From a virus (taxonomy: Duplodnaviria > Caudoviricetes): a stretch of DNA of 64,000 nt. The notes under the pieces are model-generated. The model worked only from the letters and a program-made list of their open reading frames with translations. It did no database searches and had not been told where the DNA came from. A program made the translations under genes and the position numbers. The stretch covers positions 1 to 64,000 of IMG/VR virus record IMGVR_UViG_3300032301_000632. One strand, written 5' to 3'. Positions 52,635-60,886 of this stretch are shown piece by piece (within the stretch, counting starts at the first letter, position 1; each line of letters begins with the position of its first letter).

Positions 52635-54110
52635 TTATGTAGACCAAGGGATGGACCTAATTTCAACAGTAGAGTTAGCACCTACAACAACTGGTATTGA
52701 GTTGTAAGCTACACCAAAACAACATGGGAACTCAACTACCTTTCCAGCTGAACCAGAAACACCCATAATAGTAGCTGTTCCTTCAGTGATTGCTATATAC
52801 ACCCACCTAGCACCTGAAGGAGAAGAAACATTCATAGTAGTTTCACCTGTATTCTCATAAGCTATATACGTGGGTAAAATTCCTACTATTCCACCATATT
52901 GGTCTTGAGCAGGAGCTATATAAGCTAGTATATCTTCTACTGTAGCTGATATTGTATCTAGTCGAATCTCTATTCCAGTTACATCAGTTGTTCCACCACC
53001 TACACAGCAGTCTTGAAGCTGAGTAAGTATATCAGTAACTTTAGTAATAAGTGTTTCTAAAGAAGTTTCTATAGCCGTTGTACTAATAGTCCCACCTGTT
53101 TGCAACTCGGTTAAAACACTTTGTACAGTATTTTTAATTGTGGTGTCGGTGGTACTAATAGTATTTAGTACAGTCACAATAGGAGTAATATCTATAGTTC
53201 CACCACCGCCACCGCCAGGTACAGTATCGTCATCACCACAGGGCACATAAGCAACTCTTGAGCAAGTACAATCTTTAATAGCTTGGAGTAAACAGATAAT
53301 ATTATCTAGCTTTTGTATCTCTATTTGTATATCTTGAATATTATCTAAAAAAGTATTAGTAATAGGGTCAGCGTCATTTAAATCAACTTTAGAGTTAATA
53401 GCTGGACCAGTTAACCTATTACTAATTGTAGTTAATTGAGCTGATAGCCCAGACCCTACACTAGTATTTAGATTATCAATTTTTCCAGAGATTAATGTAA
53501 CAGCATCATTTAAACTATCTGTTAAATCACCTATATCAGAAGTGTCTACTTTAATACTATTTAAAGTACTTTCTAGTGTATCAATTAAAGGATTAATAGA
53601 ATTTATGCGTGTGATAATAGTATCTTGTTTGGCTTCAGTAGCTTGACCCTCAGAAACAACTGTAATTGAGTCATTAAGAGAGGTAGTGTTGTCACGCACA
53701 TCTTCTACTAAACCATTTAAAGTTGTAATTAGCCCACTAATTGTTGTTAATAAAGTTGTGTGTGATAACTGAGTAGCTTCTTTAGTATTAGCTCCTAATC
53801 CAACTAAAGCAGATATATTAGCTGTATTTAACTGTATTGTACTTAAATAGGTTTTTAAAGACTCTATAGTTGAATTTACAGCATCTATATCAGCAGTATT
53901 TTGGGTTGTACTATTTTGTTGTATAACCTGAAGAGCTATAATCTCATCTAATAAAGACTGTAAAGTAGTCTCTGAAGCAGGGTCACCTATTGGGCTGGTA
54001 TTTAATAAAGTGGAGATTTTGTGTAGCAAAACAGCTAAATCTGTTTCAACAGGAGCACCAACACTCCCTCTATATTGTTTAAATTCACTTAAATCTGTAT
54101 TGTATGTCAT
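52635..54110 (-). CDS. Fibre-like virion protein with long coiled coil
   Basis: Thr/Ile/Leu heptad-rich shaft, poly-Gly hinges, Cys clusters, short beta-rich C-terminus. Confidence 0.55.
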   Translation of the reverse strand: MTYNTDLSEFKQYRGSVGAPVETDLAVLLHKISTLLNTSPIGDPASETTLQSLLDEIIALQVIQQNSTTQNTADIDAVNSTIESLKTYLSTIQLNTANISALVGLGANTKEATQLSHTTLLTTISGLITTLNGLVEDVRDNTTSLNDSITVVSEGQATEAKQDTIITRINSINPLIDTLESTLNSIKVDTSDIGDLTDSLNDAVTLISGKIDNLNTSVGSGLSAQLTTISNRLTGPAINSKVDLNDADPITNTFLDNIQDIQIEIQKLDNIICLLQAIKDCTCSRVAYVPCGDDDTVPGGGGGGTIDITPIVTVLNTISTTDTTIKNTVQSVLTELQTGGTISTTAIETSLETLITKVTDILTQLQDCCVGGGTTDVTGIEIRLDTISATVEDILAYIAPAQDQYGGIVGILPTYIAYENTGETTMNVSSPSGARWVYIAITEGTATIMGVSGSAGKVVEFPCCFGVAYNSIPVVVGANSTVEIRSIPWST

Positions 54111-54111
54111 A

Positions 54112-54603
54112 TTAATTTTCTAAGATATCAATTAGTGTATACGAGAGACTAACAGTTATAGTATGATTTAGTATACCATCTATGAAAGTTATAACTTCTT
54201 GGTCATTCACTGTTTTAATTGTATACTCTGAATTTTCTGGTAAAACAGAAACTACATCATAGGTATTCTTTGGTAAGTTACATACCTCTTCACTAGTACT
54301 AAATGTATAATTTTCAATAGGTTTAGGAATAATCCACTGTTGGGTTAATAAAGATACTTTACTCTTTCCAGTATAATATTCAACTGTATACCGTAATTTA
54401 GGGTCACCTGAAGAAGGTAATAATTTTAATTTTACTAATCCGGTACTAGGGATAATAACTTTCACTTTTGTAGGAAAACTATACGGAATAATAGAACTGT
54501 TAGTATCTCTTATATGAACAACTAGATATTTAGATTCTACAGGTTGGTCTTGACCTTCTACAATAATAGCTGGTGTAAATTTTAATTTTAAATTGGTATA
54601 CAT
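54112..54603 (-). CDS. Hypothetical protein, probably virion beta-sandwich
   Basis: 163-aa beta-rich ORF, stop codon 1 nt from the next start. Confidence 0.6.
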   Translation of the reverse strand: MYTNLKLKFTPAIIVEGQDQPVESKYLVVHIRDTNSSIIPYSFPTKVKVIIPSTGLVKLKLLPSSGDPKLRYTVEYYTGKSKVSLLTQQWIIPKPIENYTFSTSEEVCNLPKNTYDVVSVLPENSEYTIKTVNDQEVITFIDGILNHTITVSLSYTLIDILEN

Positions 54604-54640
54604 CTTTCTTTATAATTGACACATATCCTTATTGTAAACC

Positions 54641-56398
54641 TTAATTTAGCTCGTTTCGTATCCAAGCTTTTCTATAATTTCGTATAGATGATAAAACTCG
54701 TTTCTTACTTGTATGCTTATATTCAATAGGGGAATAAGTATTAGTTGGTATACTAGCTCCACTAACACTAGGCTCAACTCTAAATCTATTACTACAGTTT
54801 ATATTTATATAATTAGATAATGAGAAAGCAACACTAGCTACACAGTCAGCTAAATCTTTTGAAGAATTAACAGGGTGGTCAATTTTAGTGTGGTTAATTA
54901 GCTGTACAGATTTTAATTCTCTAATAATTAATGGAGTCCAAGGTGAGTTTTTAGGTAAAATCAATCTATCCTCATGAAGTAATCTACGTAGATAATCATA
55001 AATTTTTAGTTGATGTTGATTACTAAAATGAACAACTGCTGAGTTTATACCTGAGCGTCGTAATCTTTGAATAGTTTCAGTAGAGTTATAGTGGTCAGCA
55101 GTTACTTTAGTTAGATTTCTATACTTATGTATTTTAGTAATTGCATCGGATACATCAGAGAATGATACTTCTGAGTTAATAGACGGCTGCCATACTAACA
55201 TTCCATCTATGACAATCATTTGTTTACCAGATACACTTTCAGCATGTCCAAAGGCTAAAGCGTAACCATCCTTTTTAATAGCTGGGTCTAAGTGTAAACA
55301 ATTTAACTCATTAGGCTGCCCATAGGTTATATCGTCTATTGAAATGCATGCTAAATCATTCTCAATATAAGATGTAGATTGTATACAACTTTCTCCTCTA
55401 ACAGCTCTATCTACTTCAATAGCTGATAGAAAAGCATTGTGAGTAGTTGGTCGAATACCTTCAAACTCACAAGCTGCTGCTATTGGGTCAGATATATATT
55501 CGCTAGCCACTAGCAGATTATCTCTACTTGCATGTACAGGATTTAAATCCCAACTTTTACACGTTAAAGTTAACGCATTTTTATCGAGTTTTAATCTATT
55601 AACAAGTTGATAAATAGCATCCTCTTCTTCCCAAGCAGATGAGATAGCTATTCTTTTATGGTCATTTTTAAATGGAGCGCAGGCGATACCTAAGTTAGAC
55701 CATAACACTAAAGCATTATTCAAACCATCGGCTGATTTAAATCGGGCCACCTCATCCATAACTAAACATTTTATAGTTAATCCTACTTGTCCTCCTGACT
55801 TTGAGTTACCTGAAATTATGTTTATTTGCTTTTCATCATAAACTATTTCTTTTTTCCCTATAAATAATAGATTTTTAGATTCTAAATATGCAAAGTACTT
55901 ACAGTTTTTTAAGATACCTACAATACTCTTAAACACTGTAGACTTAGCTTGTTGTGCTGTTGTTGCTACAATTAAAATACTTATTGGAGTTGAATTTGAG
56001 ATATTATAATATTCTTGAGGATTTTTTAGTTTACATAAACGATAAAATTCATAAGCACAAATTATACTAGCTAAAGTAGTCTTACCAGAACGACGACCTG
56101 CTTCAATAGCAATCATCACTGGCTCTGTCAGTGTATCTAAACTTTTAGGACAAACGTTTATTTTATCTGATATATGCCAATATTCTAATATACTTATATC
56201 ATTAGTATCCAATTCTAATCCATAAGTTAGCTTTAAAACTAATCGCTGTTGTTGTGTTAATTTTATCCCTAAGTCTATTTCCTTATCAATAAACGTAATG
56301 ATGTTGCAAATCTCATCATCTGTTTGTTCTTGTAAAGAAGACTCTAAATCATCCGCAAAATTTAATAGTAAATTTTGAAAATCGTCCTTGACTGACAT
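54641..56398 (-). CDS. terL: Terminase large subunit (start likely 56398, TAATG overlap)
   Basis: IEAGRRSGKT Walker A, ATTAQQAK, LVMDEVARF Walker B, IAISSA coupling motif, LHLDPA and SKDLADCVA nuclease acidic residues. Confidence 0.92.
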   Translation of the reverse strand: MSVKDDFQNLLLNFADDLESSLQEQTDDEICNIITFIDKEIDLGIKLTQQQRLVLKLTYGLELDTNDISILEYWHISDKINVCPKSLDTLTEPVMIAIEAGRRSGKTTLASIICAYEFYRLCKLKNPQEYYNISNSTPISILIVATTAQQAKSTVFKSIVGILKNCKYFAYLESKNLLFIGKKEIVYDEKQINIISGNSKSGGQVGLTIKCLVMDEVARFKSADGLNNALVLWSNLGIACAPFKNDHKRIAISSAWEEEDAIYQLVNRLKLDKNALTLTCKSWDLNPVHASRDNLLVASEYISDPIAAACEFEGIRPTTHNAFLSAIEVDRAVRGESCIQSTSYIENDLACISIDDITYGQPNELNCLHLDPAIKKDGYALAFGHAESVSGKQMIVIDGMLVWQPSINSEVSFSDVSDAITKIHKYRNLTKVTADHYNSTETIQRLRRSGINSAVVHFSNQHQLKIYDYLRRLLHEDRLILPKNSPWTPLIIRELKSVQLINHTKIDHPVNSSKDLADCVASVAFSLSNYININCSNRFRVEPSVSGASIPTNTYSPIEYKHTSKKRVLSSIRNYRKAWIRNELN

Positions 56399-57162
56399 TA
56401 GGCTATACTTGTTAATGGTGTTACGTATACACCTTTTATTGTATAGGATACACAAGTATTTGTAGCTAATACTGATACAGCCAAGTTTAAAATCTGATTA
56501 GTTTTTAATAAAAAATTATCAGTTTGGGTATTATATGAATGAATAATTTGTTGGAGATTATTATTTACAGCATAGGTGTTCTTACGATAAACCACATTAA
56601 ATTGGTTATTTAAGATGTTAGGTTGAATTGTACACGAACCAACAGGACAGTATAAAATAACATCAGTTATATTCAAATTACTATGTGGGTTAATAATTAT
56701 AGGATAATTACCTGTGACTGTGGGGTTAAAGATTCCTGAAAAGGTAGTCTTAAAAGAAGAGTTAACCTGCTCAGGGGTTATTAATCCATGACAACTAGTT
56801 GTTCTAACTACAACACTATTGGCTGTTACATTACACTTTTGGACATAAACCTCAGAATTATCAGGATTAATAAATTTTATAGTAATGTTAGTTTTTGTTA
56901 CTAAAGCAGGATATGATAATAAAATATCATTTTCTGATATGGCACTAACTTTAGTGTTACTGACTAAAAGAGTTTCAAGACAATCATTTAAGCATACAAC
57001 TTTAGCCAAAGGGTGTATACCAAAAGATAACCAATTACCATTAGAAACTCGTTGATGGTCATGGTCATTATATTTAAGGTATACAGCTCTAACCTGGTCA
57101 GAGCCTGCACCAGTTGTTGTGTCACCTATATAAGCAATAGGTGTAACTCCAGATCTACTCAT
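56398..57162 (-). CDS. Hypothetical beta-rich protein, probably virion
   Basis: 254-aa Thr/Asn/Val-rich ORF coupled to both neighbours. Confidence 0.65.
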   Translation of the reverse strand: MSRSGVTPIAYIGDTTTGAGSDQVRAVYLKYNDHDHQRVSNGNWLSFGIHPLAKVVCLNDCLETLLVSNTKVSAISENDILLSYPALVTKTNITIKFINPDNSEVYVQKCNVTANSVVVRTTSCHGLITPEQVNSSFKTTFSGIFNPTVTGNYPIIINPHSNLNITDVILYCPVGSCTIQPNILNNQFNVVYRKNTYAVNNNLQQIIHSYNTQTDNFLLKTNQILNLAVSVLATNTCVSYTIKGVYVTPLTSIA

Positions 57163-57383
57163 AGTAATAATTCAAATAATTTATTTAAGTCTATAGCTGT
57201 ATACACTGCGGTTAATATTAGTAAGTCATACATTCTATGTTTGGTGAAGATACAAGTAAACAGTATACTAGCAGTTAGTTTTAGAGCTAACCCAATAATA
57301 AGATTATCGTTTAGCATTATATAATAACCAACAAGAGCTAAGATTGTAGCCACAGACCTACATACACTCACTTCACTGCTCAC
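57159..57383 (-). CDS. Small membrane protein (2-3 TM), PnuC-like half-protein or holin candidate
   Basis: ILALVGYYIML...G...L.ASIL...F.KHRMYDLLIL resembles small membrane ORFs of cyanomyoviruses (from memory). Confidence 0.5.
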   Translation of the reverse strand: MSSEVSVCRSVATILALVGYYIMLNDNLIIGLALKLTASILFTCIFTKHRMYDLLILTAVYTAIDLNKLFELLL

Positions 57384-57831
57384 TAATTACAAGGTTTCCC
57401 GACTGTATACTCAAAATTTGCAACTCATTTAAAACAATTAAACTAGCAAAACTTCCTGTAAGAAGCGGGTATAGTAAATCTGTACCTGAGTTATCTATCA
57501 TACACCAAATTATATAATGTGATATATTCCAAGTTTCTCCAGTAGGCACATAATCAAAACTAATCTCATCTGTATTTTGCACCCCTGATGTAAAGTTATT
57601 GCTAACAGCTGTCCAATCAAAAATGGTTATAGCACTTTTTCTTTTTGCTGTACTTGTCCACCATGTGGTATCAACGCTAGAAGTGTTAGGATTATTAGCA
57701 TTTTCGTGAATTGTCATTCCCCACTTGTATGGTCTTTTACCTAGTAGCGTTGTACTGCCAGTATCTCCATACAAATATTTATGTATATCCAATTTAAATG
57801 TACTAGTCTTTTTTACCATCTTAAATTCCAA
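57373..57831 (-). CDS. Phage tail-associated protein
   Basis: ISFDYVP..ETWNISHYIIW...GTDLLY..L...I....GNLVISE matches a widespread tail-region family pattern. Confidence 0.55.
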   Translation of the reverse strand: MEFKMVKKTSTFKLDIHKYLYGDTGSTTLLGKRPYKWGMTIHENANNPNTSSVDTTWWTSTAKRKSAITIFDWTAVSNNFTSGVQNTDEISFDYVPTGETWNISHYIIWCMIDNSGTDLLYPLLTGSFASLIVLNELQILSIQSGNLVISEQ

Positions 57832-57843
57832 ATTATAATTTTA

Positions 57844-59121
57844 TTATACTACCTTTGTGATTGTCACTAAGCTTAAATTAGTCTCAGGTACAACACTATT
57901 TAAACTAGTATACACTTTAACAGCTCCATTAGGAGCTCCTCTACTTAACAATGATAAACTACTAGTTGTCTCGTTTAATAAACAATTCAATGTTATGTAA
58001 TTATATAGTCTAACTTTATTAACAGTTTGTATATTAATAGTTGTTTCAGGAACTGTAATACTTAAACTATTATTAAGATATGTTGAGTCAATAATATTAG
58101 TAATTAAAGAGATAGTTGTTTGCTCTACTACTTCATCAGCTAAAACTGCTCTATATAGTATAGTTGGAGTTTTAATTAAATAATTTATGTTTACATTAGT
58201 ATAAGCGTATACGTAATGTTTATTAGCCGGACCTCCTCCTCCTCTACTAAAAAAAGTAGATAAATTGCATATAACATTTAGTTTAGAAACTGACATATTA
58301 CTACTATAGCTAGATATTGGTCTAATATCTAAATCAGTTGTGGTGCGTAAGGCTGTACTAATTGGACGATAACCCGCATCTACGAATATAGTTCCATTAG
58401 CTTGTGTTATTCGTTGTGCTTCTGAGCCTGTAATAGCAGATAATTTTAGAGGTATATTTGGGTCTTCTAGTGTATTAATAACAAACCAAGTACTAGTAGT
58501 AGGGAATAAGGTTATTACTGTTTCAGTATTATCATATTCTAATATTTTAGTAGATGGGTTATCTACAATATCTTTATAGGACACAGTCTCATACCACTGT
58601 CCAGGAAGATAGTGAATGAATAATTTAGAATATTCTCCTATATCTCTAACATTAATTAAAATCTGCATACTGTTATAGCGACTCTTTAAAGTCTCTATAT
58701 ATGCAGCCCAACCTTTAACAAACAGGTTAGTTGTTCTTACCGGAGCTGTTTTACATACCCATATTAAATGTAAAGTCTGCTCAGGTAGTGAGTCCGCTAC
58801 TAAAAAAAAGTAATCAGCATGGGAGGTTTTAACAACCTTTGCTAAATCTTTTTTGTCTGTACCAAACTTATAGTTAACAACTTTAGCAGTATAGTCAAAT
58901 GAATAATCTTTATTTAAAATAGTATACTGACCACTTTCTGATAGACCATAAGATTCTAGATGTAACCCTAAACTCCAAGGACTTAAAATATGAACAGGAC
59001 CAGGAAAGCTCAGTATAAAATTTAAGGTTTCTAAATTAATATACTCTAATACATTTTCTAAAGAGCCAAATGTATTTACCAGTAAACTATTTAAACTTTT
59101 TAATATTTTAGGATTAGTCAC
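57844..59121 (-). CDS. Hypothetical protein, probably virion
   Basis: 425-aa ORF in the structural arm with a beta-rich C-terminal half. Confidence 0.65.
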   Translation of the reverse strand: MTNPKILKSLNSLLVNTFGSLENVLEYINLETLNFILSFPGPVHILSPWSLGLHLESYGLSESGQYTILNKDYSFDYTAKVVNYKFGTDKKDLAKVVKTSHADYFFLVADSLPEQTLHLIWVCKTAPVRTTNLFVKGWAAYIETLKSRYNSMQILINVRDIGEYSKLFIHYLPGQWYETVSYKDIVDNPSTKILEYDNTETVITLFPTTSTWFVINTLEDPNIPLKLSAITGSEAQRITQANGTIFVDAGYRPISTALRTTTDLDIRPISSYSSNMSVSKLNVICNLSTFFSRGGGGPANKHYVYAYTNVNINYLIKTPTILYRAVLADEVVEQTTISLITNIIDSTYLNNSLSITVPETTINIQTVNKVRLYNYITLNCLLNETTSSLSLLSRGAPNGAVKVYTSLNSVVPETNLSLVTITKVV

Positions 59122-59150
59122 TCTATCATATCTCCATTAGTTGTTATTAT

Positions 59151-60350
59151 TTAATTGTCCCAAGGAAAAGGGGATACAGTTAAATCAGATATAAACCCTG
59201 CTCTTAAACCATAAATAGATAATCCATATTTATCTAACCAATTTCTATTACCCGCTTCACTATAGGCTGGTAATTTAACTTCTGGTAGTCCTACAATTTC
59301 TACTGGCTGAAGAGAAGCTTGATTGACTGTCCTACCCGGGAGTATACTTTCTTCTTCTATTAACGCACTAACATCTGCATTAGTATGATGTTTAGAGTCT
59401 AACACTAGTAACTCTAGTGCATAGTAGACTCTATCAGACCTAGTAATAAAATATCTAAAAGACTGTATAAGACAATTGTATTTAATAGTTATAGCATTAT
59501 CGATTGTACCTGGAGAAGAGTATACAACAAACCTAATTTGCTTAGCCAGCTGAACTATTTCTCTTTCAAAAAACAGAGCTTTAGAATAAGCATCAAGTGG
59601 CATACTATTACTGTAAGCCTGTAAATCAGCACCTAATGCAGCTGTCCCTATAACTGGATTAAGGTCTTTTCCTACCCCTGAAGTAGCTGCTTTAATTAAT
59701 TGCTCTGACCCTATAAATAAACCAACAACTTGCAATAAAGTACTTTGAACACCTAGTACCTGATAAATAGGAGGAGCACCTGGTACTGTAAAAGGTTTAA
59801 TATCTACTGATGTTCGTTGTAGAATACCTGGCTTAACTTCAGGAGTTTGACCAGCAGAAGATAAATTACTCTGCATACTAGGTAATAACGAGAAATAGAA
59901 TCTATGACTCACTGAATCAGCATTATTCCACTCAACATAAAATTTATCTACTGGAGAGTTATTTAAATTATCCTCTGAAGAAAGATTACTTCCGTTTGTG
60001 TTAGAGTCAACTGTTATTAAATCTTTATTAGCAGTATTATAAAATGAATTAGGGTCATTCCATAAAGTAGTAATATCATATTCTGAGTTTGCAAACTCTC
60101 CAGTAAAAGACCCAACATTGTCTATAAAAGAATTGGAGTTATCTGTATCCTCCTCTTTCTGAGAAGCAACATTAGTTTGAGATTGAGAATTTATTACATC
60201 ACCAACTCTAACATCGGCTAAGTTAGAATCAATTGCTAAACCTAATAAATCACCTAATGTTGTATTCTCATCTTTCTCAAAAGCTGCGGTTATAATGAGC
60301 TGATTATCCTCTCCAGGATTAGATAATGTTTGGACTATATCAGTAGGCAT
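59151..60350 (-). CDS. Putative tail-tube initiator/baseplate protein (gpU-like core)
   Basis: FTVPGAPPIYQVLGVQSTLLQVVGLF and RVYYALEL resemble the P2 gpU/Mu gp43-type pattern; weak. Confidence 0.4.
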   Translation of the reverse strand: MPTDIVQTLSNPGEDNQLIITAAFEKDENTTLGDLLGLAIDSNLADVRVGDVINSQSQTNVASQKEEDTDNSNSFIDNVGSFTGEFANSEYDITTLWNDPNSFYNTANKDLITVDSNTNGSNLSSEDNLNNSPVDKFYVEWNNADSVSHRFYFSLLPSMQSNLSSAGQTPEVKPGILQRTSVDIKPFTVPGAPPIYQVLGVQSTLLQVVGLFIGSEQLIKAATSGVGKDLNPVIGTAALGADLQAYSNSMPLDAYSKALFFEREIVQLAKQIRFVVYSSPGTIDNAITIKYNCLIQSFRYFITRSDRVYYALELLVLDSKHHTNADVSALIEEESILPGRTVNQASLQPVEIVGLPEVKLPAYSEAGNRNWLDKYGLSIYGLRAGFISDLTVSPFPWDN

Positions 60351-60352
60351 AT

Positions 60353-60886
60353 TTAAAACCTCCTCATAATCTCAAGACTATGTTCTTGGTATATTTGAGG
60401 TTCAATTTTTTTAAAACAAGCTACCCACTCTAAGTCATAACTCAACACATTAGATGCTTCAATAATTGTACCTTCTGTTAGGTCAATAGATTCTACTGAA
60501 CTCTTAAATTTAACATTAGTCGCTAATCCTAATGACCTATAAGAAAATTCTGAGGGAAAATTATAATTACGTAAGGTAGCTTTATTTAATAAATATACCG
60601 CTCCTAACTTTGTTAGAATTGAAGGCTTAGTTGAGTTATCAATATAACTAAATTTTCCTTTCTTTGTATACACCTCCCCATTTAGATTAGGGTAAACTAA
60701 TTTATTTAAATGAGAATATACAAAGTGAGTAGCTTCTGGTAAGTATAAAAAATTAGCAGAGGGGATAGGCGGAAATTCTTCATTAGCCCACGCTGTTGGT
60801 TTTGCTAAAATAAACCAATATGTACTTGTAGCTGACTCTGCAAGTAGTTTTTTTATAGATGATAAGACTGTATTAACACTAGACAT
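60353..60886 (-). CDS. Baseplate or tail-fibre collar protein
   Basis: YWFILAKPTAW.NE..PP.P and SYRSLGL motifs; third gene of a J-I-H-like order. Confidence 0.55.
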   Translation of the reverse strand: MSSVNTVLSSIKKLLAESATSTYWFILAKPTAWANEEFPPIPSANFLYLPEATHFVYSHLNKLVYPNLNGEVYTKKGKFSYIDNSTKPSILTKLGAVYLLNKATLRNYNFPSEFSYRSLGLATNVKFKSSVESIDLTEGTIIEASNVLSYDLEWVACFKKIEPQIYQEHSLEIMRRF

